From NCBI GenBank assembly GCA_038143065.1, contig JAYQLI010000035.1:672001-736000 (forward strand): a stretch of DNA of 64,000 bases, written 5' to 3'. Shown one piece after another: positions 32,117 through 42,969 of the stretch. The notes beneath the pieces were generated by a model. That model did no database searches and was not told where the DNA came from. It worked only from the letters and a program-made list of their open reading frames with translations. Made by a program: the position numbers and the translations under genes. How positions within the stretch are numbered: the first letter of the stretch is position 1; the number at the start of each line of letters is the position of its first letter. This stretch comes from Rhodospirillales bacterium (GTDB lineage: Bacteria > Pseudomonadota > Alphaproteobacteria > Bin95).

Positions 32117-32859
32117 ATGACAATTAAAGAGCAAAGCACTTCCACACTTGAACGGGGAAGTGGTGAAGCATTGTGGAAACAGATTGCTAGTGAGTTAGAA
32201 AACGACATCAAAACTGATGCTTATTCAAAAATTGGTCAGCGACTACCAACAGAACAGGTCTTAACTGCTCGGTTTAACGTCAACCGTCATACAGTTAGGC
32301 GGGCCATTCAATCTTTAGTGGAAGATGGCCTCGTCCGCACAGAACAAGGTCGCGGCGTATTCGTAAACACAGAAGTCGTTGAATACCCACTTGGAAGACG
32401 TGTCAGATTTAGCGAAAGCCTATCTGCGCTGCAAAAATCACCAAAAGGAAAAATACTCTCAATCATCAAATGCAAAGCCCCAATAGATGCGCTGGAAGCC
32501 CTGGGTTTAAAAATGAACAGAGTTTGTGGAGGGTAGACAGATTGGGATTTAGTGATGAAACAGCAATAGCTCTGTCTTCGCATTATTTCTGCGCTGAACG
32601 CTTTCCTAAACTTAAGGCTGTTTTCAACGAAACAAACTCAATAACAAGTGCTCTCAATGCTTTGGGTGTGGCGGACTATGAAAGGAGAGAAACACGTATA
32701 TTGGCACGACCAGCTACTGCCGAAGAAACCCGTTTTCTAGAATTACCAAGAGGCAGACCAGTCCTTATAACAGAGGGCATAAACATCGATACCGAAGGAG
32801 CCGTAATCGAATATAGCATTGCACGTTTTGCGGCAGACCGGGTGCAACTTGTTACATAA
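32117..32859 (+). CDS. phnF: Phosphonate metabolism regulator PhnF, GntR-UTRA (frameshift near 32515)
   Basis: LPTEQVLTARFNVNRHTVRRA, RTEQGRGVFV, RVRFS, GVADYERRETRI and ARFAADRVQL. Confidence 0.93.
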
Positions 32860-32935
32860 GATTCCTTAGATCTCAGGAAATAATGCTCTTCGGGAAAATG
32901 AGAGCTGACTTTATTGGAAAGATAAGCTCACTCGA

Positions 32936-33718
32936 CTACCTATAACCACCACCACCATTTACATAGACTGTGTCAGCTGTCATGTAGCTACAGGCATCAG
33001 AGCACATAAAAAGCACAAGCTCTCCTATCTCTTCAGGACGGCCAAGCCTTCCCATTGGGACATCAGCAACCGCGCGAACACGGGCTTCCTCGTCACCTCC
33101 CGCAACATCTTCAAAAGGTGTGTCGATTGGACCGGGAGAAATTGATAATGCCCTTATACCTCGACCCGCAAATTCCCGAGCCACTCCCATGGTAAGGGTA
33201 ACTACCGCCCCTTTTGCAGCTGCATATGGAATTAATCCACCAGCTCCACCTCGCTTGTGAGACATGGACGCCGCATTAACAATCACCCCTCGCCCTTGAT
33301 CCAACATGTGCGGCAAGATTTCCTGCATACAGTAAAAGACACCAGACGCATTGATCCCCATCGCACCATCCCAGAGGGCATCATCTATCTCAAGAAACGA
33401 TGCACGCCTAAGAGCTGAACCAGCACAATTAAATTGAAAATCGATGATTCCAAATTCCTTAATGGCTGCAGCGAACGCACTCCTAACCGAAGACCGATCT
33501 GTTACGTCCATGTGAACGGTGAAACAGCGACCTCCCATTTGGCGAATAGCTTCAGCCGTTAGTTCAGCGCCGGTCGTATTAATATCAGCCACTACTACGT
33601 TTGCACCCTCTCGGGCAAAAACCAGCGCAGTCGCTCTACCAATTCCGCTCGCAGCACCTGTAATGATGATAGTTTTATTCAAAAACTCATCGGGCAACTT
33701 AGGCATTACAGGCTCCAT
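32936..33718 (-). CDS. Short-chain dehydrogenase/reductase
   Basis: TGAASGIG, YAAAK, SPGPIDT and VNGG. Confidence 0.92.
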   Translation of the reverse strand: MEPVMPKLPDEFLNKTIIITGAASGIGRATALVFAREGANVVVADINTTGAELTAEAIRQMGGRCFTVHMDVTDRSSVRSAFAAAIKEFGIIDFQFNCAGSALRRASFLEIDDALWDGAMGINASGVFYCMQEILPHMLDQGRGVIVNAASMSHKRGGAGGLIPYAAAKGAVVTLTMGVAREFAGRGIRALSISPGPIDTPFEDVAGGDEEARVRAVADVPMGRLGRPEEIGELVLFMCSDACSYMTADTVYVNGGGGYR

Positions 33719-34001
33719 CTAGTTAACACTTAATATCAACGCTACTGCTCATGCTAGAGTGCTTAGCGTAATTACGCTCTTAACCAGGAGCTAAGGCAGA
33801 ACAAACCTCTAACTCTTCAGAAGAATTATCTCACAAGGGTGCAGAATTAGAATAACGATCAGATCCTGCAAAGTCTTAGTACCAAGCGCAAAATATCCGA
33901 TACGCCATGTCACACTCCCTAGGATTTTCTCCTAAATCTATAAAAGCTTTTACTTCTAACCCCAAAAAGAATAGTCGCGCTCGGATAAGCAGAGACACGA
34001 A

Positions 34002-34382
34002 ATGCCCATTTTATATAAACAGAAAATTGGATTTAAGAGTGCTATCACGCGTGGCCTACGCCGGCGCTGCCCATCCTGTGGTGAAGGCAGAGCTTTTTCT
34101 GGCTATCTTCAGCCAGTCAGTGTTTGTAGTGTTTGCAGCGCAGCACTTGGAGACATCAGAGCTGACGATTTTCCTCCTTATCTAACAATATTTATAGTTG
34201 GACATATCGTTGTACCATTTGCGCTGATCGCTGAGCAGAATTGGGCATGGTCGATTGTCTTGCATATGATCGTATGGCTACCTCTTACGCTAGCACTTCT
34301 TCTTGCAATACTCCCTTTCATGAAAGGCGCTGCCATTGGGCTAATGTGGCGGCTTGGACTGAAAGGTGATGAACAGCATTGA
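34002..34382 (+). CDS. DUF983 family zinc-ribbon membrane protein
   Basis: RCPSCGEG, CSVC and RADDFPPYLTIFIVGHI, followed by transmembrane helices. Confidence 0.88.
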   Translation: MPILYKQKIGFKSAITRGLRRRCPSCGEGRAFSGYLQPVSVCSVCSAALGDIRADDFPPYLTIFIVGHIVVPFALIAEQNWAWSIVLHMIVWLPLTLALLLAILPFMKGAAIGLMWRLGLKGDEQH

Positions 34383-34831
34383 GTGAAAAGATACCTTTTT
34401 GGCGCGAGAAAAAACTGGGCGATATGACCACTGATGAGTGGGGAGTCCCTATGTGATGGATGTGGGAAATGCTGCCTCCTAAAAGTTGAGTACGAAGATA
34501 CACAAGAAATTCTTGCAACCTCCGTTGCGTGTAAACTTTTGGACTTAAATAGCTGCCGCTGCCAGAATTACTCAGAGCGCAAGAGCTATGTTCCAGATTG
34601 CATTGATCTAAGTAAAAAAAGCTATCCACGTTACCATGGTTGCCAAAAACTTGTGCGTATCGCCTTATAGACGAAGGTAAAGACTTGGAGTGGTGGCATC
34701 CTCTTGTTTCAGGTTCCACAGAAACCGTGCATGAAGCAGGAATTTCTGTTCGCCACAAAGTCATATCAGAAGACGACTTGGAAGATATTGACGAAGACCT
34801 ACCCCGATATGTTGTTGACTGGAAATTATGA
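34379..34831 (+). CDS. YcgN / UPF0260 cysteine-cluster protein (two frameshifts)
   Basis: [33 protein letters not shown] and WHPLVSG. Confidence 0.88.
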
Positions 34832-35516
34832 GCATCTTCCTCTTTCAAACGGTGACATAGCACCAGTTCGCGTGCGCGTTGACGGCAGATCAAAACAAAT
34901 ATCTCTAAAAGTCGAAAAAGTTGGCGGCCTAGTTACTTTAACCGCCCCAACCGCAGCAAAGTTGCCAGAAGCACGGCGTTTTATGAGTAAACGTACACGC
35001 TGGATTGCAGAGCGAAGAGCTGAAGCCCAAAAAATTACTCCCTTTGCACCAGGCTCAGTTATTCCTTTCCTAGGAAATATGTGCACGATCGTTCATGACA
35101 CTGACGCAAAGGATTTGGTAAAAATAAAAGAGGGTCAAATTCTTGTTGGGGGCGTTAGATCATCCATCAGTCGTTTAACAACCCGTTTTTTAAAGTCGGA
35201 AGCACTCCGGCGCTTAACACTCTCGACCAATAAGTATGCCGCATTATCAGGAAAAAAGGTCCTCCGAATTTCTGTGCGTGATGCCAAAACTCGCTGGGGA
35301 AGTTGCTCTGCTGATGGACGCTTATCCTTTTCCTGGCGCTTAGTTATGGCCCCAGAAAACATTCTTGATTATGTAGCGGCCCACGAAGTTGCCCATCTCG
35401 AGCACATGAACCATAGCGATCAATACTGGGCTCACCTGGCAGAAATTTTTCCTGATTTTAAGTTTGCAGAGATTTGGCTTAAGAAAAATGGCCCAAGTCT
35501 TCGCTGCTACGGCTAA
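34809..35516 (+). CDS. YgjP/M48-like zinc metallo-hydrolase (DUF45)
   Basis: [15 protein letters not shown] and [17 protein letters not shown]. Confidence 0.9.
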   Translation: MLLTGNYEHLPLSNGDIAPVRVRVDGRSKQISLKVEKVGGLVTLTAPTAAKLPEARRFMSKRTRWIAERRAEAQKITPFAPGSVIPFLGNMCTIVHDTDAKDLVKIKEGQILVGGVRSSISRLTTRFLKSEALRRLTLSTNKYAALSGKKVLRISVRDAKTRWGSCSADGRLSFSWRLVMAPENILDYVAAHEVAHLEHMNHSDQYWAHLAEIFPDFKFAEIWLKKNGPSLRCYG

Positions 35517-35537
35517 CGATTATGCGAGAGGATAGTT

Positions 35538-36615
35538 ATGACAAACCGTATTGTAATAGCTGGAGCGCTTGGAACTGTTGGAAGAGCTGCCCTTGAACAT
35601 TTTGAGAAGCTAGATGACTGGGAAGTTATTGCGCTTTCCCGACGACCACCAGATTTTGCAAATAAGGCAACCTGGCTGTCCGTAGACCTTCAAGACCCAG
35701 ATGATTGCCAGACTAAATTAGCAACTTTGAAGGATGTCACACATCTAGCCTATGCGGCAGTTTATGAAATGCCAGAGGTTGCGAGGGGATGGTTTACCCA
35801 GGAGCATGCCGATGTAAACCTCACAATGCTTCAAAACCTCTTAAGACCGCTATCCAATGCATCTCCAGACTTAACCCAAATCTCTTCTACAGGGTACAAA
35901 AGCCTACGGAGGGCATCTTGGTCCATTTAAACAACCTGCTAAAGAGAGCGATCCTCGTTATATGCCACCTAATTTTTACTATCTCCAGATGGATTGGCTC
36001 AACGAAGAACGCGCAAGAACAGGTGCCAAGTGGACATGGACGATACTTCGCCCTCAGGTTGTTTGTGGCCTTGCAATTGGAAGTCCGATGAATGTTATCG
36101 CTGGACTGGGCGTGTTTGCAGCTATTTCCAGAGAATACGGAATGCCCCTTCGTTTCCCTGGTGGAGATGCAAGGATCGGTGAAGCAACGGATGCCCGCAT
36201 TATCGCAAAAGCTATTGAGTGGGCCGCAAAAGATAAACGTGCAGCCGACCAGGTTTTTAATATTACAAACGGTGATGTTTATCAGTGGGAAGTAATTTGG
36301 CCACGTAACGCTAAGCTTTTCGATATGGATGTTGGAACTCGACATCCAATTTCGTAGGCACGAACAATGCCAGCAAATGCCCACTATTGGCCTAAGATTT
36401 CACGTAAGCACGGCCTAGAACCTTATTCGTTTGAACAATTAGTACCAAGTTGGGGTTTTATTGATTTTGTTCTGGGACATGGCCAACGCCCTAATCCTCA
36501 TCACATGAGTACTATCAAGGCACGTAAAGCTGGTTTTCAGGAATGCATTGATACTGAAGAAATGTTTGTAGAACTAATTCAAGAAATGCAGGCGCGGCGA
36601 TATCTGCCGTATTAA
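35538..36615 (+). CDS. Extended SDR of the progesterone 5-beta-reductase (PRISE)-like group (frameshift ~35880, in-frame TAG 36355-36357)
   Basis: AGALGTVG, LSRR, LQGTKAYG in the shifted frame, PPNFYYLQ, WTILRP, FNITNGD and STIKARKAGF. Confidence 0.82.
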
Positions 36616-36668
36616 TATAATATTTCACCTACGATAAATTATTTAAGATATTGTATTTTATTGATTAA

Positions 36669-37342
36669 TTAATGCCCTTTAATGCGATCAATTGTTGACT
36701 GCCTTAATCGAATTTTAGTTTCTCCAAAGGCATGTTGATCCAGAAAAGCCAAGCGCGCAGCTGTCTCCAACGCAACATCTAGGACATCATTATCGGTTGC
36801 TTCATCTAAATATCCCGCCTTAACCGCAGCATCGGGGTCGTATAGTTTTGCCATAACCGTGGCGGCTTGAAGTTCGGCTGGATTTAAGCGATCGCGGGCC
36901 AGTTCTAAACCCACATAAGGCAGTGGCAAACCAATGGCTGTCTCATTTAAACCGATTTTGTAGCCCCTCGCTTACCTATCCGCACATCACCTGTCATCAG
37001 AAGTATCGCACCTGCGGCAACCGCATGACCGGTGCAAGCCCAGACTATTGGCTTTGGAAAAAGATAAAGGCGTTGCATTAGATCGGTTCCGAGACGCCGC
37101 ATCCTATCTCTTTCAGCCTCATCCTCCCCTCGTATAATTCGCAGATCGTATCCCCCACACAAAACACCGGGCCTACCATGAAGAACCATTGCTTTTGCTG
37201 CACTCTCAGCGCGATCTAGAGCACCATCAATAGCCTCAGACATCGCGGGCGAAAGAGCATTTGCTTTACCGTCGTCCATGTGGAGAACAGCTATCTCATT
37301 TTGCACTTCAAATTTGACTAGATCGGCCAATTGATCCTCCAA
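36669..37342 (-). CDS. Crotonase/enoyl-CoA hydratase family protein (frameshift near 36960)
   Basis: MDDGKANAL, GGYDL, ACTGHAVAAGA and KIGLNETAIG. Confidence 0.87.
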
Positions 37343-37532
37343 AAATGATTAGCTAGAGAAGAAGTTTCAAAAAATTCAATCCCCAATTTCTTAGTAGTAA
37401 CGAGGCATCCACCAATAATTTCTACATTAAAATAATAACTTACAACAAGACAGACTTCGCAATTTCAAGGCTCTTTCGGTCCATGAATGGGTCTGATAGC
37501 AAGACGGTGTTACCTGTTGCGAGGACAAGGCT

Positions 37533-38284
37533 CTGAACATCGATATTGAAACCGCTGCCGTTATTGCACTTGCTTTTTTCATGGGCAGCCTTGTCAAGGG
37601 CGTGGCTGGTATCGGGCTCCCCTAGTAGCAATTCCAATACTTACTTTTGCAATGGATGTCCGGGATGCAACCCCCATGATTGTTGGGCCTGCAATCATCA
37701 CAAATGTCTTTCAAGTCATTAAGACAAGGCAGGCCCGTCTTCGATATAAAGAAATCACACCAATTATATTTGGTCTACTGATAGGAACATTTGGTGGAGC
37801 TTTGATCGCAGTTTCGGTCAATCCAAACGTGATGGTTGGTATATTGGGTTTTGTCATTCTCGCATTCGTTGCCTTTAGTTTTTCTGGATACATGCCGTCT
37901 ATTCCGCAAAAAGGGCGTCTGCAAATGGGCTTTGCAGCTGGCACGGGCACAGGATTAGTAGGAGGAATGACTGGGGTATTCGGGCCCGTTTTGGCAATCT
38001 ATACCCTCGCCCTCAAAATGCCCAAAGATGCTTTTGTTTGGGCTATGGGCGTACTCTTACTTCTTGCCTCATCTGGCCTTGGCATCTTCTATGCCACCCT
38101 GGGCGCCTTCCCTATCTGGGTTCTCATCGCATCTTTTGGAGCCATGCTGCCTTCTTATATAGGCATTGTTGCTGGAACTCGTTTACGCAAAATTGTTTCC
38201 GAAAAATTATTCAGGAACGTAGTTCTAAGCATTCTTGGCATTATCGCCCTGAAACATGTAGCGAGCGCTTTCGGATTAATTTAA
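37533..38284 (+). CDS. TauE/SafE (sulfite exporter-like) membrane protein (frameshift near 37620)
   Basis: GSLVKGVAGIGLP upstream in another frame, GLVGGMTGVFGP, and multiple transmembrane helices. The start is approximate. Confidence 0.82.
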
Positions 38285-38432
38285 TCAAATTTACCAGTGA
38301 CGCAGTCGTCACAAGATGCAATGATACAGCTTGTGCGTGGAAAAAAACACGCTTGAACAGAAAAGATCCGCCGTCTACATTTCTTTGATTGTAGGTGTAA
38401 GGAAAATGAAAACTCAACGGGGAGGAAACCCA

Positions 38433-39596
38433 ATGAACCGCTCAATCGCCGCTCTTGTGGCAAGCGTTTCAGTAGCAGCCTTTGCAGGCACTGCAATAGC
38501 AGACGGCCATGCTCCAAAGCTGCCACGCTCGAACGTTTGGACCGCATATGATCTTGGCTCTTCTGGCTACGCTGAAGCCGCTGGTATCGCAAACGCATTC
38601 CAGAAGAAATATAAAGCACGTGTAAGGATTATCCCATCAGGAACGTCAATTGGCCGACTTCTGCCACTGACTACAGGTAAAGCTCAGTATGGCTACCTCG
38701 CTAACGAGGCATTCTTCGCCGCTGAGGGAACCTATGACTTCGCAGTTCCTGAATGGGGGCCACAGGACCTTCGCATCATTACAGGCCGCCTCGCTAATGT
38801 GGGTGTTGCGACAGCGAAAGATGCCGGGATTAAGGAACTCTCCGACCTGAAAGGCAAACGGATGGGTTTCGTGAAGGGTAATCCTTCCGTAAATGTCAAA
38901 AACGATGCTTATCTTGCATTTGGTGGGCTGACACGTGATGACATTCAGGTAGTCTGGTTTGGTAGCTATGGCGCAATGAAAACTGCGCTTATCGCCGGTC
39001 AGCTTGATGCCTTTGGATCGGTCACAACTTCAGCTAACATGCGTGAGATCGAGGCGAGCCCTCGAGGCTTGCATTGGCCTAATTTCTGGCCAGACAACAA
39101 AGCTGGTTGGAAGGCTGTTACAGACGTGGTGTCCTTTGCAGCCCCAGGTAAAGAAACCCGTGGAGCAGCTCTTTCTGACGCAAACCCAGCCTGGCTCGTT
39201 GGATATCGCTATCCAATGATCACGACTTATGCTCGGACTTCAGAAGATGATGCTTATAATATGATCAAAGCCCTTGATATGGCGTTTGATGCTTACTCCA
39301 AGACCACCGCATCATCCTTTAACTGGGAAGTTGCCAAGGCTGGTCGTCCACCTTACGACACCCCTGCTCATGACGGTGCAATCCGTTACATGAAAGAAAA
39401 AGGGTATTGGCAGCCAGAAGATCAAGCTTGGCAGGACAATCGTCTCGCTCGCTTGAACGCGGTAATCGAGACCTGGGAAAATGGGCAAGCTGCTTTTGCT
39501 GATATGCGCACTGCAGAAAGAGCCAAAGGCAACAAGGTCGGCAATGATGCCTGGGCTGATTTCTGGACAGATTATCGGGCTAAAAACCTAAAATAG
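38433..39596 (+). CDS. TAXI-family TRAP transporter substrate-binding protein
   Basis: GGAGG RBS, signal peptide, TAYDLGSSGY, IKELSDLKGKR and PAHDGAIRY. Confidence 0.87.
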   Translation: MNRSIAALVASVSVAAFAGTAIADGHAPKLPRSNVWTAYDLGSSGYAEAAGIANAFQKKYKARVRIIPSGTSIGRLLPLTTGKAQYGYLANEAFFAAEGTYDFAVPEWGPQDLRIITGRLANVGVATAKDAGIKELSDLKGKRMGFVKGNPSVNVKNDAYLAFGGLTRDDIQVVWFGSYGAMKTALIAGQLDAFGSVTTSANMREIEASPRGLHWPNFWPDNKAGWKAVTDVVSFAAPGKETRGAALSDANPAWLVGYRYPMITTYARTSEDDAYNMIKALDMAFDAYSKTTASSFNWEVAKAGRPPYDTPAHDGAIRYMKEKGYWQPEDQAWQDNRLARLNAVIETWENGQAAFADMRTAERAKGNKVGNDAWADFWTDYRAKNLK

Positions 39597-39619
39597 TCTA
39601 CTAGTTCAGGAAAACCTTC

Positions 39620-39656
39620 GAAAGGGCTGTCTTTATGGGCAGCCCTTTCTTCTTTT
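39620..39656 (+). terminator. Rho-independent terminator after the TAXI gene
   Basis: GAAAGGGCTGTC pairs with GGCAGCCCTTTC and is followed by TTCTTTT. Confidence 0.8.
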
Positions 39657-39669
39657 ACTCGAGCGTTCC

Positions 39670-39993
39670 ATGTATGAAACAGCACTTGTTTACGTTACCG
39701 CCTCCGATAAAGAAGAAGCGGAAAAAATAGCCAACTCTGTAATAACCGAGCGGCTAGCTGCTTGCGCAAATATTTTGGGAAATGTTTCTTCCATTTTTTT
39801 ATGGAAAGGTGCTATCCAAAACGAGAGCGAAATTGGTTTTTTTCTCAAGACAGCAGTAGAAAAAATCCCACTCTTAACAAAGCGCATTTCCGAACTTCAT
39901 TCCTATGAAAAGCCTTGTATTATCGCAATACCTATAATTGGAGGCAGTGAGCAATTCTTAGACTGGATCAAGACTGAAACACTCCAGCAATAA
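39670..39993 (+). CDS. cutA: Divalent-cation tolerance protein CutA
   Basis: ERLAACANI, SIFLWKG and LHSYEKPCII. Confidence 0.92.
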   Translation: MYETALVYVTASDKEEAEKIANSVITERLAACANILGNVSSIFLWKGAIQNESEIGFFLKTAVEKIPLLTKRISELHSYEKPCIIAIPIIGGSEQFLDWIKTETLQQ

Positions 39994-40060
39994 AATCTCT
40001 CGACCAAACCTAGTATGCTGGCGTATTGTGACGCGTCCTGTTTAGATAAGGCTCCACAAA

Positions 40061-41314
40061 ATGCGCGACTTCTTTCGCGGACCAATGCCCTTTTTATGCA
40101 TTGGCCATTCCTTTGACCATATGTTCATCTTGCTGATTAACGTTGTTGTACTGCAAGTTCAGAGTGAATTTGGTCTTACATTTGGCGAGGGAATAAAACT
40201 TGCCTGGCTTGGCTTGGTGTTATTTGGCCTAGGCGCTCCAATTGCGGGCTGGCTGGCAGATAAATGGTCTGACATATGGATGATGTCCGTTTTTTTCATT
40301 GGCATTGGAATATCTACTCTTGGTGCTGGGCTAGCTCAGACATCAAGCCAAATGTTTGTTTGCCTATCATTCATCGGTTTATTCGCATCAATTTATCATC
40401 CAGTTGGTATTCCCATGGTAATGCGAGTAGCTGGGTCAAAATCAGGAAAAATGTTAGGCATTAATGGCATTTTTGGAAGTTACGGCATGGCCATGGCAAG
40501 TGGCGTTGCTGCTTTAATGATTTGGTTAGTTAGCTGGCGAATGGCCTACATTGTTCCGGGCGCGCTTAGCATTATCTTGGGAATTTGGTTTGCTGTTAAG
40601 TTCCGTAACCAAGCGAATGAAACAAGAGCTGCGCGACTTTTGACAGCCCAATCAGAAGCGCGAAAAGAAGGCCTTGGAGATATGATACGTGAGCTTGGCC
40701 TTAGCCGCTTTCTTCAAATTATGGGCGCGCTTTCTCTCATGACCTTAGGAGCAGGATTGGTTTTTCAATGCATGACAATCGGCTTGCCTAAAATCCTTCA
40801 AGCGCGGGTTGACTTTGTTACTGATGCCGAAGGCGCTGGTTTCGTAGCATCTGCTATCTTCTTCGTTGGCGCTCTTGCCCAACTTGCAGGCGGATTATTG
40901 GCAGATAAATTTCCGCTGAAGTGGTTATTTATTTGTATCTATGGTCTGATGACACCTGCTCTTTTTCTGGCCGCTGTCAGTACCGACTACGTGATGATCG
41001 TCGCAATTTGGATGATTGTCATGATCACCGTTGGCAACCAACCAGTGTCTGACTTTCTTTTCTCAAGATATGTGCCAAAGAGATGGGTCAATACGGCATT
41101 TGGTTTCCGTTTTGCTCTTTCCCTTGGCACTGCAATCGTTGCTGTACCTCTTGTGGGGGAAGTGTTTGACCAGACAGGTGATTTCTACTACGCCTTCCTT
41201 GCTATGGCTGCAGCGGCTGCAATAGCCGTACTATCGGCGCTTATCCTTCCAAATCGTGGAATTGAGGCACCAACTACATCAACCTCTCCTCAACCTGAAC
41301 TCTCTAAGACTTAA
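40061..41314 (+). CDS. MFS transporter
   Basis: About 12 hydrophobic segments, GWLADKWS, ASIYHPVG and GLLADKF. Confidence 0.9.
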   Translation: MRDFFRGPMPFLCIGHSFDHMFILLINVVVLQVQSEFGLTFGEGIKLAWLGLVLFGLGAPIAGWLADKWSDIWMMSVFFIGIGISTLGAGLAQTSSQMFVCLSFIGLFASIYHPVGIPMVMRVAGSKSGKMLGINGIFGSYGMAMASGVAALMIWLVSWRMAYIVPGALSIILGIWFAVKFRNQANETRAARLLTAQSEARKEGLGDMIRELGLSRFLQIMGALSLMTLGAGLVFQCMTIGLPKILQARVDFVTDAEGAGFVASAIFFVGALAQLAGGLLADKFPLKWLFICIYGLMTPALFLAAVSTDYVMIVAIWMIVMITVGNQPVSDFLFSRYVPKRWVNTAFGFRFALSLGTAIVAVPLVGEVFDQTGDFYYAFLAMAAAAAIAVLSALILPNRGIEAPTTSTSPQPELSKT

Positions 41315-41843
41315 GCTCTAGGTGGCGTAATCGTGGGCGTCCATGCACGTGTTCAGCCAAAGGTGTCGTTGGACCACCAGTTCTAACTGGGCGCTCTGCA
41401 AAGCGCCCAAGGGAAATCATTCGATCATACATAACGATCGCTCCAGCAAGCCCTACATTTACGCAGAAGCTCGTCGGAATTTTAACAACATGAGAACATT
41501 GCTCGACCATTTCTGTGGATAGGCTCGCACGTTCAGGTCCAAGCACGTAGGCAGCGCGCATCGGGTGTTTAAAACTTGGTAACTCAATTGCATCATCTGT
41601 AAGTTCGATGCCAATCAGCTGACAGCCCTCAGGAAGCCGCATAGATTGTAAATTTTCAAAATCGTAGATCGGCAAGGAATTGGTTGCGCGACTGGTGTCT
41701 GTCTTACGGCCTTTTCTAGTTGCATACCGCGCACCTACCGTGAAAAGAAATTGCGCGCCAAAGGCGTGTGCGGTGCGCATTAGCGCCCCAAGATTATGCG
41801 CCTTAGAAATTCCTTCCGCGCCTATACCGAAGTACCCTTTCAT
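41304..41843 (-). CDS. SpoU/TrmH family RNA methyltransferase
   Basis: NLGALMRTAHAFG, YVLGPE and FCVNVGLAGAIVMYDR. The likely start is MKGYFGIG. Confidence 0.9.
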   Translation of the reverse strand: MKGYFGIGAEGISKAHNLGALMRTAHAFGAQFLFTVGARYATRKGRKTDTSRATNSLPIYDFENLQSMRLPEGCQLIGIELTDDAIELPSFKHPMRAAYVLGPERASLSTEMVEQCSHVVKIPTSFCVNVGLAGAIVMYDRMISLGRFAERPVRTGGPTTPLAEHVHGRPRLRHLELKS

Positions 41844-41888
41844 TGGTCTATGATTACCTATCAACGAAAAAACTGAAAGGGCATAGAT

Positions 41889-42923
41889 ATGCGCGCCCTC
41901 CTCTGCCGTGATTGGCGACCTTTCAACGACCTTGAAATTGTTGAGCTTCCCGATCCCATACCACCCAAAAAGGGGCTTCGCATACGCGTAATGGCCGCCG
42001 GCGTAAGCTTTGCGCAAAGCCTCGTCGTTCAAGGGAAATATCAAAGGAAACCGCCCCGCCCCTTCACACCGGGGTCCGAAGTTGCCGGAATTGTGGAAGC
42101 TGTTGGGAGCGAGGCAAGTCGTTTTAAAGTTGGCGATAAAGTATTTGCTGTTATCGACTGGGGCGGGCTAGCGGAGAAAGCTGTAGCTCTGGAGGTAAAT
42201 ACTTATTCGATTCCAGAAGGTCTCGATTTTGCCAAAGCTATTTCAATTACTAATTCTTATGGAACATCAGCCGCAGCTTTAATGTGGCCAAATCTTCTTA
42301 ATGTTCAAGCGGGCCAAACTCTTCTAGTCCACGGGGCAGCTGGCGGTGTTGGCATCGCAGCTGTGGAGATTGGTAAGATATTAGGTGCAATTGTAATTGC
42401 GACAGCAAGTTCTGATGAAAAACTTGAAATAGCGAAAAGTCACGGTGCCGACCACGTGATCAACTACAGTAATACATCATTCAGAGATGTCGTTATGGAT
42501 ATCACAAATGGCTTTGGAGTGAATGCTTGTTACGATCCGGTTGGGGGTGATGTTTTTACCCAGTCGTTAAGATGTATGGCTGTGGAAGGCCGAATTATGC
42601 CCGTTGGATTTGCAGGAGGAGATATTCCACAAATCCCAGCAAATATACTATTGGTTAAAAATATAACTGTGACCGGCCTTAACATGGGGTATTACATGGG
42701 GTGGAGCCCATATGACGCACGCTACGAAAGCGAGAGCAAAGTTAGGCCTATTATGGAGAAGTTGGCCCAGTGGACGGTGACAGGAGATATCCGCCCAGAG
42801 TTAGCAGGCGCTTTCCATCTAGAAGATTTCCGAGATGCTATGTCGATGGTTTTAGGTCGAAAAGCCATTGGCCGCGTAGCTATAGCTTTTGATGAGGAAG
42901 CCACCAGATTGGGCTTAGAATAA
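41889..42923 (+). CDS. NADPH:quinone oxidoreductase family (MDR)
   Basis: PFTPGSEVAG, HGAAGGVG, YDPVGG and VGFAGG. Confidence 0.92.
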   Translation: MRALLCRDWRPFNDLEIVELPDPIPPKKGLRIRVMAAGVSFAQSLVVQGKYQRKPPRPFTPGSEVAGIVEAVGSEASRFKVGDKVFAVIDWGGLAEKAVALEVNTYSIPEGLDFAKAISITNSYGTSAAALMWPNLLNVQAGQTLLVHGAAGGVGIAAVEIGKILGAIVIATASSDEKLEIAKSHGADHVINYSNTSFRDVVMDITNGFGVNACYDPVGGDVFTQSLRCMAVEGRIMPVGFAGGDIPQIPANILLVKNITVTGLNMGYYMGWSPYDARYESESKVRPIMEKLAQWTVTGDIRPELAGAFHLEDFRDAMSMVLGRKAIGRVAIAFDEEATRLGLE

Positions 42924-42969
42924 AGATCGGCACAAGTCCCACCGAAAACATAAGAAAAAGGGTAAAGAC

